Shown piece by piece: positions 1 through 8,947 of a DNA stretch of 25,982 bases. The stretch lies in the IMG/VR virus record IMGVR_UViG_3300044648_000427; one strand, given 5' to 3'. The stretch's first letter is position 1, and the number at the start of each line of letters is the position of its first letter. The position numbers and the translations under genes are program-made. This stretch comes from a virus. The notes beneath the pieces are model-generated. The model saw only the letters and a program-made list of their open reading frames with translations, was not told the DNA's origin and did not search any database.

Positions 1-2
1 AA

Positions 3-233
3 TATTATGTCCAACGAGGAACAAATAGATATGCTATAGGTGATTATGATGATTTCCGTGATGGAAAATATGAAGATTTACTTCAATTAGGAAAAAGTAC
101 AAAATATTACTTACGAGAACTTTACCCTGAAAGAGAAGAAAAAATTGTCAAAGAATCCAAAGTTTCAATTACTCAAGATGATGATAGGGTGAGTAAGAGA
201 GTTGAATCAAAAGTCTCCACTTCTAAAACGTAG
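3..233 (+). CDS. Partial hypothetical protein (5' end outside window)
   Basis: Frame 3 is open from the window start (YYVQRGTNRYAIGDYDDFRDGKYEDLLQLG...VSTSKT) to TAG at 231-233; not in the ORF track. Confidence 0.7.
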   Translation, partial: YYVQRGTNRYAIGDYDDFRDGKYEDLLQLGKSTKYYLRELYPEREEKIVKESKVSITQDDDRVSKRVESKVSTSKT

Positions 234-408
234 TGGAAGAAACATCAGTCTTCCTTTTTTTGTAAGTATGTATTTAACTCATAAATTTGAAGGTACAAAT
301 GGATTTTCAAATTATGTGTTGAATCTAATTTTAGATGACTTGTGTAAAGATCAAGAATTCATAAATGAATTCCCATCGGAACTAAAATCTTTAGGAAGAG
401 CGAATTAG
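202..408 (+). CDS. Putative ribbon-helix-helix DNA-binding protein
   Basis: 68 aa; RNISLP beta-strand followed by helices with FSNYVLNLILDDL, an RHH-like pattern. Confidence 0.5.
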   Translation: MNQKSPLLKRSGRNISLPFFVSMYLTHKFEGTNGFSNYVLNLILDDLCKDQEFINEFPSELKSLGRAN

Positions 409-439
409 TTCACAAAAGTAATCTATTTATTTAATTTTT

Positions 440-817
440 ATGGATATTTCTTTAGATGAAGTCTATGGTATAATCGGTACTGTAATCGCAGCGGTTATCG
501 CTGGTTTAATTAGATATCGAGATAAAATATTTAAAATAGGTGACAAAGAAGATAAGGATGATGCTAATACCATGATTAATGATAAATTTAATACTCAAAA
601 TAAAATTCTTGATAAGGGTTTAGAAAATATTATTGATAGTATGAGTAGATTAGAAGAAAAAGTAGATTATATGCATCAAAATGCTGAGGAAAAAATTGTA
701 ATCCTTAGATCAGATATATCCAAGGTAGATGCTAAAACAGAAAAACTCCAAGATAAATTAGGTGATTTAATTAATAAATTTTTTACTCACGTTGAATCGC
801 ATAAAAAGACCAGATAG
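440..817 (+). CDS. Membrane-anchored coiled-coil protein
   Basis: N-terminal TM (VYGIIGTVIAAVIAGLI) followed by a heptad-rich charged region. Confidence 0.7.
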   Translation: MDISLDEVYGIIGTVIAAVIAGLIRYRDKIFKIGDKEDKDDANTMINDKFNTQNKILDKGLENIIDSMSRLEEKVDYMHQNAEEKIVILRSDISKVDAKTEKLQDKLGDLINKFFTHVESHKKTR

Positions 818-856
818 TTCTCTCAAATTAATGAAGCTCAAAAGGCAATATTAACA

Positions 857-1228
857 TTGAATGAACAATTAGTTATAGCAATACCGATCTTAGTAGGACT
901 GGCAGCAGTAGGTTTAGCTATGCTTGAGCGAGGCTACAAAAGATATCTAGAAGAGAAGAAAATAGCAGAAGCAGAAGGTAAAACACTTACTTTCGATATG
1001 GCTTATATCGTCAATATGGTTGTAAGTACAGGTGTGTCATCTGCAATAATATCAGTTATACCTGTCTTGGTAGAACAAATTGGGAAACCAACAGAGATTA
1101 CATTTGTATCATTATTACTTAACGCAATTCTGGGATATACAACAGCATATACAGTATTAGATAAAATGAATCAAAAGACTGATTCAAAGATAGAGACGGC
1201 AAAAGCAATAAAAGAATCTAAACAATAA
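857..1228 (+). CDS. Small 3-TM membrane protein (holin-like architecture)
   Basis: Three hydrophobic segments, charged C-tail, TTG start, adjacent to structural genes. Confidence 0.55.
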   Translation: MNEQLVIAIPILVGLAAVGLAMLERGYKRYLEEKKIAEAEGKTLTFDMAYIVNMVVSTGVSSAIISVIPVLVEQIGKPTEITFVSLLLNAILGYTTAYTVLDKMNQKTDSKIETAKAIKESKQ

Positions 1229-1286
1229 CATCTTTTTTTTTCTTATGAATACTTCATTTATCCAATATTAATACTTTTTTAATTAT

Positions 1287-2795
1287 ATGAGTAGTTTCCG
1301 CAGACCCACCAATACTAATGAGGGAGACGCAGTTTTATACGGAGGAGAGGATGTCCACGTTATAACAGATATGCTCAATGGAACGATATCTGGAATTCCT
1401 CCTGTTAAATTTAAATCATCCAACGGTGTAGGCTTTTGGGATGGGGTGTTAAGAATTAAAGATGCTGCTAACGATACAAGGGAACTTGTAATCAAAAGTC
1501 CTAGTGGATTAGCCGCTAGTAGAAATTTAACTTTTCCTGTACTCGCAGTTAACGATACTATAGCTGCACTTCTTGCAAGTCAAGAATTTTTCAATAAAAC
1601 ACTTAATTTATCTAATAATATTATTACCGATACTTCCGCTGTTAGTGGAGAAATTATGGTTCATAATGGAACTAAATTCGTAAGATTACCTGCTGGTACG
1701 AGTGTCCAATTCCTCCGTGGTGACGGAATATGGGCTACTGCCCCCGGTCAAGGAGGAGGAGAAGCTAATACCATGACGAACATCGGAACTGCCGGAGTCG
1801 GAGTTTACAAACAAAAAACTGGTATGCAGTTTGAGATGAAAAAAATCAATGGTACTAGTGGAGTTACAGTAACTGATAATACAACAGATAACCAAGTTGA
1901 TCTTGCTGTAGATGCTTCTGGAATACTTTTACAGAATTTGGGTGGGACTTTAACTGTTGCCAAAGGTGGAACAGGGGCTACAACGCTTACGGGAATTCTT
2001 AAAGGTAACGGCACTTCCGCTTTTACCGCTGTAACCGCTCCTACAGGCACTATTTTAGGTACGACCGATACTCAGGTAGTAACAAACAAAACTTATAATA
2101 CTACGGATAACACGCTTACAGCTACATCACAAGCAACAGGTGATCTTTTAAAGAATAACGGTACAAAGTTCGTCAGAATGGCAAGAGGTCTTGCTGGTCA
2201 AGTACTGAAAGTTAATGCTGGAGGAACTGATGTAGAATGGGGAACAGACCTTACAGGTGGTGCTGGTAGTGGAAATACTACTACATTATCCAAAAATACT
2301 ACTTCAGTAACAGTAGTAAGTAACGCTGCTGAAGCAGATTTACTCAATTACTCGATAACGGGTAATACTATTGGAACAAATGGAATTTTACATCTATTAG
2401 TTTCAGGATATTATTTGAATAATTCTGGTGGAGATGAAACACCTCAACTTAGACTCAAACTTGGAGGTACAACACTTTGGCAAGATTCGTTTGGAACAAT
2501 TACAAGTGCTTCTGTAAGAGTTCCATTTAGGGTTGAACTATATATAAAAAATAATAATTCTGCTTCACAACAAAGAATTAATGGACATGCTTCACTTGGT
2601 CATCCAACGGCTGCTACTGTAGGATTTTCCGAACTTGACGATGATGAGGTTAATGCGGATGGCCCAATTCAAGCAGAAAGTTCTATTGATACAACTACGA
2701 ATAAAACAATCCAATTTACTGTAGATCATGAAGATTCTCATGCTAGTATTTCTTTTGTTGCGGATATTATATTTCTGGAGTTGATAGCAAGTTAA
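1287..2795 (+). CDS. Tail-fibre-like virion protein
   Basis: 502 aa, G/T/N-rich; LTVAKGGTGATTL fibre motif; internal repeat GEIMVHNGTKFVRL / GDLLKNNGTKFVRM; beta-rich C-terminal domain. Confidence 0.75.
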   Translation: MSSFRRPTNTNEGDAVLYGGEDVHVITDMLNGTISGIPPVKFKSSNGVGFWDGVLRIKDAANDTRELVIKSPSGLAASRNLTFPVLAVNDTIAALLASQEFFNKTLNLSNNIITDTSAVSGEIMVHNGTKFVRLPAGTSVQFLRGDGIWATAPGQGGGEANTMTNIGTAGVGVYKQKTGMQFEMKKINGTSGVTVTDNTTDNQVDLAVDASGILLQNLGGTLTVAKGGTGATTLTGILKGNGTSAFTAVTAPTGTILGTTDTQVVTNKTYNTTDNTLTATSQATGDLLKNNGTKFVRMARGLAGQVLKVNAGGTDVEWGTDLTGGAGSGNTTTLSKNTTSVTVVSNAAEADLLNYSITGNTIGTNGILHLLVSGYYLNNSGGDETPQLRLKLGGTTLWQDSFGTITSASVRVPFRVELYIKNNNSASQQRINGHASLGHPTAATVGFSELDDDEVNADGPIQAESSIDTTTNKTIQFTVDHEDSHASISFVADIIFLELIAS

Positions 2796-3425
2796 ATGGT
2801 TTTAAAAAATTATCATATTAGAAGTGATGGAAATAAAGAAAATTTAATTCAATATATTAAAAGTACTTATTCTCCTCCTAATTGCGGAAAACTTTCAGGA
2901 TCAGTAATAAGAGTTACAGTAGATTTACCTGATGAAGATGCATTTATTCAAGATATGGCTAGTAGAGGAGTTCAAGGTTTTTATATAGAAAATACATTTG
3001 TTGATTTATCTGTATATAGAAAGGATGCATTAGATAATAAAGTAATGTTTCAAATGACAAGAAATGTTCCAATGACATTATCTGCTGGTTATACAGATGT
3101 TATTTCTTCTTATAATGGTATGCCCATTCCTGTAGATACTACAGGATATAAAAAGATGGGAATGGTTCTATTGTGGAATAAAAACGGTGGAACAGGAACA
3201 CATACAATAAAATTAACTGAATGTAATGCTAACGGTGTAATATCTAATCCTGAGAAAATTCTAAGGGAATTTCCAATTGTAACAGGAGGATATTTAGCTG
3301 ATTTTAGTTATACTATTCCTGCTAACTTTATAGATTATCAGGGATTTGTGAAATTACAGGCAAAAGGAACATCAATAGAAAGCCCAATATTTGACGGATT
3401 ATGGCTTTATATGATCAGAAGGTAA
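2796..3425 (+). CDS. Probable virion structural protein
   Basis: Directly abuts the fibre gene; beta-strand-rich C-terminal half. Confidence 0.55.
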   Translation: MVLKNYHIRSDGNKENLIQYIKSTYSPPNCGKLSGSVIRVTVDLPDEDAFIQDMASRGVQGFYIENTFVDLSVYRKDALDNKVMFQMTRNVPMTLSAGYTDVISSYNGMPIPVDTTGYKKMGMVLLWNKNGGTGTHTIKLTECNANGVISNPEKILREFPIVTGGYLADFSYTIPANFIDYQGFVKLQAKGTSIESPIFDGLWLYMIRR

Positions 3426-3710
3426 AATACCTTTAAATATTTGACGTTCTTCACCATAAGCATCTATAACTTCTCCTAATTTTCTATAAAGATCAGAAGC
3501 TTCTTCTATATCAAGTTTAATAATTACATTCCAAAACCCTTTAGTATCATTTTCTATTTCATTTAGTGCAATAGTAATTAATTCTTCCTTACTAAGATTT
3601 CCTGTTTTTATATCTTGACCCACATAATAATTTTGAAGATTGATACTTATATTTGATGTTAAAATTGGAAATTTCTTGTTAAACTTTTGTAGATAATATT
3701 CAAATTTCAT
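3399..3710 (-). CDS. Hypothetical protein
   Basis: ORF track 3399..3818; the more plausible start is MKFEYY at 3710, which avoids overlap with the + gene at 3750. Confidence 0.55.
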   Translation of the reverse strand: MKFEYYLQKFNKKFPILTSNISINLQNYYVGQDIKTGNLSKEELITIALNEIENDTKGFWNVIIKLDIEEASDLYRKLGEVIDAYGEERQIFKGILPSDHIKP

Positions 3711-3749
3711 ATAGTTAAACTTAAATTCTAGCAAGTAATATATAAACGT

Positions 3750-4055
3750 ATGGAAGAAGAAGCTAATAAAGCTGAAGAATATCGTGAACAACTTAACCAA
3801 CGTAATAGTGAAATTCAAATTCTCAATGGTGTAATAGAACAGTTAAAGATCAATATTTTAGAATTAGAAAGCAAAAATAAAAAATTAGAAGAAGAGAACG
3901 AACGACTTGTTCAAAATAGTGATAATTGGGTTAAACAATATAATCTTACAATGGATTTAATATATCGAGGGGTGTTTAATTTAATGAATGTTTATACCAA
4001 TCGGAGACTTAGTCCGGTAGGAGTAGAAGATGCTTCCAGTTTTGGTAGCATGTAG
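3750..4055 (+). CDS. Coiled-coil protein
   Basis: Heptad, E/K/N-rich 101 aa. Confidence 0.65.
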   Translation: MEEEANKAEEYREQLNQRNSEIQILNGVIEQLKINILELESKNKKLEEENERLVQNSDNWVKQYNLTMDLIYRGVFNLMNVYTNRRLSPVGVEDASSFGSM

Positions 4056-4671
4056 TACATTTAACGATAAAGACAACATCAAAAGACATCTACTTTCAAT
4101 TCCCCAATATGTTCATCAATTAACGATTGATGGACGATATAAAGATTTTGATCATCCTTCCGATTTATCAGATGATGGAACACGGGAAATTGTAAATATG
4201 CATTTCAATTCCTTACTTATTGATGCAGGTGGATTATCTGAAATTGAAAAACGTCAGATATATTTTGATAGATTTAATCCCATAAATTATAAATTTCTAG
4301 TAGTTGCAGATTCAGATGAGTATTTCGCTGGAGATTGGCAAGAGTTCATTTGTGAACTTGATAATTTATACGAAAAATATTATACTATTGATCAACCTGT
4401 TTGTATTGGAATAAAAGTTCATAATCCCCCTACGGAAGAATTCGATCCACGGCCTAGAATTTGGATTAATGCTCATAATGTTAAAATGGGGCCAAAACAT
4501 AATCAATTTAGAAACAAGTTAGATAATTCATTATTACATTTTTCAGATGAAGTAAAATCCATGAAATTGAAGCATGATTATAGGTTACGATATCCATCAT
4601 ACAACAATCTTAGACTACTTTATCAAAGTAGGCTTATATCTGAGGAAGATAAAATTCATAGTCCTTTTTAA
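4030..4671 (+). CDS. GT-A fold (GT2-like) glycosyltransferase
   Basis: IDGRY...SDDGT-R and hydrophobic strand + ADSDE (DxD) motifs. Confidence 0.75.
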   Translation: MLPVLVACSTFNDKDNIKRHLLSIPQYVHQLTIDGRYKDFDHPSDLSDDGTREIVNMHFNSLLIDAGGLSEIEKRQIYFDRFNPINYKFLVVADSDEYFAGDWQEFICELDNLYEKYYTIDQPVCIGIKVHNPPTEEFDPRPRIWINAHNVKMGPKHNQFRNKLDNSLLHFSDEVKSMKLKHDYRLRYPSYNNLRLLYQSRLISEEDKIHSPF

Positions 4672-4693
4672 TTTAATAAGCAATCTGCTTTTA

Positions 4694-4927
4694 ATGATTG
4701 AGAAAGAAGTAGTGTTTGAAGATAAAGACAAACGCAAAGCTACTATATTTTATATTAAAGGTGACACTCCAAAAGATTTTTTTGAACAGGCTAAACAACT
4801 AGAAGACGAATTAAAAGCAAATACGAATATTGATCTAAAGATTAATTACGATATTATGGTATTTGATCTTAAAGATATTAATAAAATAGAACCTAGCAGA
4901 ACTCATAATATGGCTGGAATGCAGTAA
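4694..4927 (+). CDS. Hypothetical protein
   Basis: ORF track 4574..4927; likely start MIEKEVV at 4694, after the GT stop. Confidence 0.55.
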   Translation: MIEKEVVFEDKDKRKATIFYIKGDTPKDFFEQAKQLEDELKANTNIDLKINYDIMVFDLKDINKIEPSRTHNMAGMQ

Positions 4928-4945
4928 GAGAAAGTTACCTTTCTC
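4928..4945. terminator. Perfect 7-bp hairpin immediately after a stop codon (terminator or 3' end of a minus-strand RNA)
   Basis: GAGAAAG-TTAC-CTTTCTC. Confidence 0.4.
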
Positions 4946-5170
4946 CCACCTTGCTATACCCTTTTCCCACTATAGAATCAGATTTTGGATGCATTTATCT
5001 ATAGATGTATGCAGTATAACATACAGAAATTATATAATAAATAGTATTTAAACCTTTTGGTGTATTAGTGTACTGAACTACAATTTCGTTATTCCTTATT
5101 GCATTTTTTGGCATTTAACTACACTTAAAAATCACAAACTTTAATAAGGCCCACATCTAATGATCTATAC

Positions 5171-5288
5171 GCTTCGCCATAGGATTAAACCTGCCGAAGA
5201 TGGGTTTTATCCGTTTTACTGAGAAAACGGAAACCGGCGGCTGCAACGGTATAGTAAATCCCTCCTAGGACGGGGCAGCCATATTTTT
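5171..5288 (+). ncRNA. Structured ~115-nt ncRNA, family unknown
   Basis: TTTAATAA at 5140, GC-rich island starting at G5171, three hairpins, T5 at 5284-5288, no start codon at the TSS. Confidence 0.6.
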
Positions 5289-5381
5289 GGGTTTAAACCC
5301 ACAAACATAACAAGTTATACCTTTTTCATCTATAATCCATATACCATAATTACATCTAATACAAAAATCAGGGGTATTCAA
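5265..5381 (-). CDS. Zn-ribbon microprotein (38 aa)
   Basis: TTG start coupled to the upstream stop; CIRC...CYVCG; not in the ORF track. Confidence 0.6.
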   Translation of the reverse strand: MNTPDFCIRCNYGIWIIDEKGITCYVCGFKPKNMAAPS

Positions 5382-5683
5382 TTATGATCACAAGTTCCAC
5401 ATGCACAAAGTTTACTTAATTTGTTTTTCTTTTTCCTTTTATATTTATTTCTATTAAAAACTTTAGTATCAACTTTTTTAGCTCTAGTATGTTGTCTTGC
5501 AAAATATAATTCCATTTTCCAAATCCTTCTATTACAGGTTCGTTTATGAGAGAAAACTTTCTTATCCCTCCCAAAAGGTTTAGTAGGATCATATTCATCA
5601 ATAGTCAATTCATATCCTACATATCTATCATGCCATCTGATTGGTTTATCACAAATATAGCAGATTTTTTTACTCATCATCAA
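5378..5683 (-). CDS. Basic Zn-finger protein
   Basis: CYIC...HKRTC and C-terminal CACGTC. Confidence 0.65.
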   Translation of the reverse strand: MMMSKKICYICDKPIRWHDRYVGYELTIDEYDPTKPFGRDKKVFSHKRTCNRRIWKMELYFARQHTRAKKVDTKVFNRNKYKRKKKNKLSKLCACGTCDHN

Positions 5684-5888
5684 TCACAGCTAAATGCAAA
5701 CCCATCCAATCATTATAATCATCCTTTGACTTAAAATCTTTTGGTGATACACTAACATATTTCCTAAGAAAAGATTTATGTTCATCACACATCTTATCTA
5801 CATATAATTTTGTCATATCATTATTTTTTATATGGTATTTACATTCACAATATTTATTTATTACTCTCCGTTTAAGGCTTTTTCCCAT
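5670..5888 (-). CDS. Small CxC...CxxH protein
   Basis: CEC...MCDEH; within a coupled operon. Confidence 0.6.
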   Translation of the reverse strand: MGKSLKRRVINKYCECKYHIKNNDMTKLYVDKMCDEHKSFLRKYVSVSPKDFKSKDDYNDWMGLHLAVIDDE

Positions 5889-6133
5889 TTTTCCTCTAAA
5901 ACCTTCAAAGTATCAAATTGTAAATCATGTTTATTCGTATCATAATGCCCATTCGCTATATCATTAACCCATACTGATACAAGCATCATAGCCATATTAA
6001 ATCCATGTTTAAAGTCATCGCTTTCTGCCTTTATAACTCCACGTACAAACGGTCTATGGTTATCCGTATGAATTTTCGTTGCGAGCCAAAGGTCAAAGCG
6101 TCTAAGAACTTCCTGTTCCTCTTTAGTTACCAT
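5861..6133 (-). CDS. Hypothetical protein
   Basis: ORF track; coupled operon. Confidence 0.6.
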   Translation of the reverse strand: MVTKEEQEVLRRFDLWLATKIHTDNHRPFVRGVIKAESDDFKHGFNMAMMLVSVWVNDIANGHYDTNKHDLQFDTLKVLEEKWEKALNGE

Positions 6134-6239
6134 AATCGAAATCTCCTAACTTTCTACCACAAAAATAGCATTCCATTCCGTTAGCACGGGGTACATATGT
6201 ATGAGATCCTTCTTTGCAATATTTATTTTCTTCTTTCAT
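6123..6239 (-). CDS. Zn-binding microprotein (38 aa)
   Basis: MKEENKYCKEGSHTY...ECYFCGRK; ATGA overlap with the upstream gene; not in the ORF track. Confidence 0.6.
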   Translation of the reverse strand: MKEENKYCKEGSHTYVPRANGMECYFCGRKLGDFDYGN

Positions 6240-6751
6240 TGTAATATCCCCATATATTTTTTAATATTTGAAAATACATAATCTAAAGCTTTCATGTAAT
6301 CATCTAAAGTTTCATCAAAAACAGAATTATTAAATTTTGGATATTTTTTAACTCTATTTTGAAGTATTTCAAGTAATGTCCTTTCTGTATATGCACGCAA
6401 ATCTTCAGATTCTTTTACCCATTCATCTAGTTCTTCATTATAATATTCTATAGGACTATGTGGTTGCATTTTCTGTTTAATATACCCAAGTTTATCTGTT
6501 ATTTCTTCGAATTTTATCTTTGTTCCACATTCAGTACAGAATTTCATCAAAACTATATGATTAGTGGGTTTATATATTTTCATTAATTGCAACTGTTTAT
6601 CCTTTTCTGCTATTTCTACAGTATAATCATTAAAGTTATATAAATTATCCATAAACTTACAACATGGTTTAAATTCTACTATATGATGAAAAGCAAATTG
6701 TTTAGTTTTCGGATCATCTTTTGTATACTTTATAATAGTCATACTAACCAA
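6236..6751 (-). CDS. Hypothetical protein with CC..M / FCxxCG Zn domain
   Basis: PCCKFM...KFCTECGTKI. Confidence 0.65.
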   Translation of the reverse strand: MVSMTIIKYTKDDPKTKQFAFHHIVEFKPCCKFMDNLYNFNDYTVEIAEKDKQLQLMKIYKPTNHIVLMKFCTECGTKIKFEEITDKLGYIKQKMQPHSPIEYYNEELDEWVKESEDLRAYTERTLLEILQNRVKKYPKFNNSVFDETLDDYMKALDYVFSNIKKYMGILQ

Positions 6752-6954
6752 GACCTCACAGATTTCAATGCTTCCCTATATCCATCAGAATGACATCCAT
6801 CAAAGTTTCTCATTTCATCTAGAACTTCATCAATTCTTCCTTTAAATAATTTCAATATTTCATCGGTACATTCATGAGTTTCTGTCCATCGTATTCCCAC
6901 TCTTTCTCCTCCTCCAATCTTTTTATAGATTATATCAACAATATCTTTTTTCAT
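6739..6954 (-). CDS. Hypothetical protein
   Basis: ORF track; operon. Confidence 0.6.
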   Translation of the reverse strand: MKKDIVDIIYKKIGGGERVGIRWTETHECTDEILKLFKGRIDEVLDEMRNFDGCHSDGYREALKSVRSWLV

Positions 6955-6956
6955 AT

Positions 6957-7217
6957 TTAACTCTCCCTTTCCCCTTGTATCTTTTCACCGCAATAAGGAC
7001 AAAAGGAAATTTCTTTGTCATGTTTATCTTTATCTATCCATAACGCAGTTGGAGGATCTAGTTCTTTCATCATTATATTATCATCAACCACATCTCTTGC
7101 CATAGGTCTACAACAATACGTAATATCAAACATAGGATCACCATTACCCCAAGGTTTAGGAAATCTCCTTATTACTACGACACCAGTATCCACATATTTT
7201 CTATAATGTATTATCAT
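6957..7217 (-). CDS. Zn-binding protein, CC..M / FCPYCG
   Basis: YCCRPM...SFCPYCGEKI, the same pattern as 6236..6751. Confidence 0.65.
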   Translation of the reverse strand: MIIHYRKYVDTGVVVIRRFPKPWGNGDPMFDITYCCRPMARDVVDDNIMMKELDPPTALWIDKDKHDKEISFCPYCGEKIQGERES

Positions 7218-7519
7218 TCTAATTGCCTTTTCAAATCATTCAAAACCATTATAGTGGGAGCTGATATTAAACGTTCTTCCCAACTACACTGATCATCACA
7301 TTTATTAATCATGTCCAATTTTTTATCTATTTGTTGTGTTACTAATTTCAAAATATGATAAGTCATTGTAGCAGATCTATATCCATGAAAACAGTTAAAA
7401 GCATTTTGTTTAATTGTTTCCTTTAAATTGGGTTCAAGTCCAAGACTTTCGATAAATTGATTCAATGAGTCCTCTAATTCCTCTGATATATAATTCTCAA
7501 TTTGATTTTTCAAGTTCAA
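7214..7519 (-). CDS. Hypothetical protein
   Basis: ORF track; operon. Confidence 0.6.
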   Translation of the reverse strand: MNLKNQIENYISEELEDSLNQFIESLGLEPNLKETIKQNAFNCFHGYRSATMTYHILKLVTQQIDKKLDMINKCDDQCSWEERLISAPTIMVLNDLKRQLE

Positions 7520-7521
7520 CT

Positions 7522-7968
7522 TTATCTCACTGATTGAAAGTTAAAAGGTTCTACATCATTAAGCATTATTAAAGGAACCGGAACAATTAATTCATCAAAT
7601 CCATTATCAATAGCTAGATCATTTTTCTTGTAAAATACTTGAAGTTGGCGTGGTAATATAAATTTCAGACTTCCATTTACTACAAATACTAAGGTAGTTG
7701 GTAGGTCTTCCATAGTCGCCCGCTCTACAAATCTTACAGGAACAAAGAATGCATCTGATTCCAGAGTTTTATCATAACCTGTTTTTGAACGCCAATATGG
7801 ATCGAATTCCAAATAATGCAATAGGTAATAATTTACTCCATTTGCACTCAATTTGTATCCACCAATATCGTTTTTGTAGTATGGGCTATGATACATGAGA
7901 GTTTGTTCAACTGTTGTTTCTCTATAAAAATGTTTAAAGCTGTCTAATGTCTCATATACATTTAACAT
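7522..7968 (-). CDS. Hypothetical viral protein, first gene of the leftward operon
   Basis: 148 aa; TTTAAATA box ~30 nt upstream. Confidence 0.7.
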   Translation of the reverse strand: MLNVYETLDSFKHFYRETTVEQTLMYHSPYYKNDIGGYKLSANGVNYYLLHYLEFDPYWRSKTGYDKTLESDAFFVPVRFVERATMEDLPTTLVFVVNGSLKFILPRQLQVFYKKNDLAIDNGFDELIVPVPLIMLNDVEPFNFQSVR

Positions 7969-8011
7969 ACAATTAGTATGATTAGTGTGTTATTTAAAGA
8001 TTATGAATTTT

Positions 8012-8212
8012 TCACGCTTGAGTTACCGTATTATTATTTACTACAATGACAACAGTTGATTGGTTTTGACGTAAATCAGCTATAAGATCATTAAGATTAG
8101 AATTTTTGTTTTCATTAGATCCAAACAATCCAAACACCATAGATATTAATACTCCTATTCCTATAAATGCGATAAGTAAAAAAATGAGGGCAAATGTAGA
8201 TCTAATCCACAT
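8012..8212 (-). CDS. Single-TM membrane protein
   Basis: Long N-terminal hydrophobic helix. Confidence 0.55.
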   Translation of the reverse strand: MWIRSTFALIFLLIAFIGIGVLISMVFGLFGSNENKNSNLNDLIADLRQNQSTVVIVVNNNTVTQA

Positions 8213-8423
8213 TGCCTATAATTTCTCCAATCTGTTTTATGTAAGAATCTACTACGCTGTGGGTCTGATTTGAACCGTTTTCTAATCCGATTTCTGTTGC
8301 TATTCTCTCAGTAAACATTTCTGGACTAAGAGCTTCTACGGGGGAAATTGTTGCTAACACCATACTGGAAAAAACAAGTGTTGCAGCAATTATTATTTTG
8401 CTTCTAGATGAGTTGTTCATCAC
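8202..8423 (-). CDS. Signal-peptide-bearing small protein
   Basis: RSK + hydrophobic core + VEA cleavage-like site. Confidence 0.55.
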   Translation of the reverse strand: MMNNSSRSKIIIAATLVFSSMVLATISPVEALSPEMFTERIATEIGLENGSNQTHSVVDSYIKQIGEIIGNVD

Positions 8424-8480
8424 AATATAGTAGAATGTTTTATATTTTTACATTGGCGAAAAATTTATGTATGAAATTTT

Positions 8481-8618
8481 CTAGTCAATTTCATTTTCTA
8501 CAAATTCAAAAAGACAAACTCTGCAACAATCCATTCTACGGCCATAACCATTAGGAAGAGTTTCTACTTTTATACTGTAAAGTAGTTTTACATCTTGATT
8601 ACAATTATCACATTTCAT
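8481..8618 (-). CDS. Zn-finger microprotein (45 aa), paralogue of the C-terminus of 8615..8869
   Basis: MKCDNCNQDVKLLY...GRRMDCCRVC; ATGA coupling; not in the ORF track. Confidence 0.7.
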   Translation of the reverse strand: MKCDNCNQDVKLLYSIKVETLPNGYGRRMDCCRVCLFEFVENEID

Positions 8619-8869
8619 TTTGAATCACCTACCAATTTATTAGAACAGGGAATACAACAATCCATTTTACGTCCACGAATCCTTTCAGTATAATATATTT
8701 TTACATTTTTACCACAATTTTCACATCTAATAGAATCTATTTTATATTTTCTTATAGTTTTCACTAATTTCAATCTAATTTTTTGAATATCATAATCCTT
8801 TATATCATATAAAACTTCATTCAACAAATCTGCATCACTTTCTGATAGACTTAACTTTAGTCTGGTCAT
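8615..8869 (-). CDS. Protein with C-terminal Zn finger
   Basis: CENCGKNVKIYY...GRKMDCCIPC; TATA ~30 nt upstream. Confidence 0.7.
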   Translation of the reverse strand: MTRLKLSLSESDADLLNEVLYDIKDYDIQKIRLKLVKTIRKYKIDSIRCENCGKNVKIYYTERIRGRKMDCCIPCSNKLVGDSK

Positions 8870-8947
8870 AAAAAATATATCTTCTCTATATATTTAAGCT
8901 TTGTTATTTACGATAATCTTTATTAAAGGGTCAATCAAACTAAAATT

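Noticed and set aside
1283-2050. Minus-strand ORFs 1283..1495, 1686..1895 and 1805..2050
   Set aside because: Antisense shadows of the fibre gene, with no promoter or motifs
3425-3470. Plus-strand TTTAAATA at 3432 as an antisense promoter
   Set aside because: Lies within coding sequence of the minus gene, with no start codon or structured unit at +30; likely chance in AT-rich DNA
5171-5288. tRNA, SRP helix 8, hammerhead or HDV ribozyme identity
   Set aside because: No cloverleaf or TψC; GCAGCCA resembles SRP but the GNRA-capped helix is missing; no CUGANGA/GAAA core; no P1.1/P4 after the GGCTGC/GCAGCC stem
5416-7206. ORFs 5416..5601(-), 5546..5734(+) and 7015..7206(+)
   Set aside because: Nested in or antisense to better-supported coupled genes
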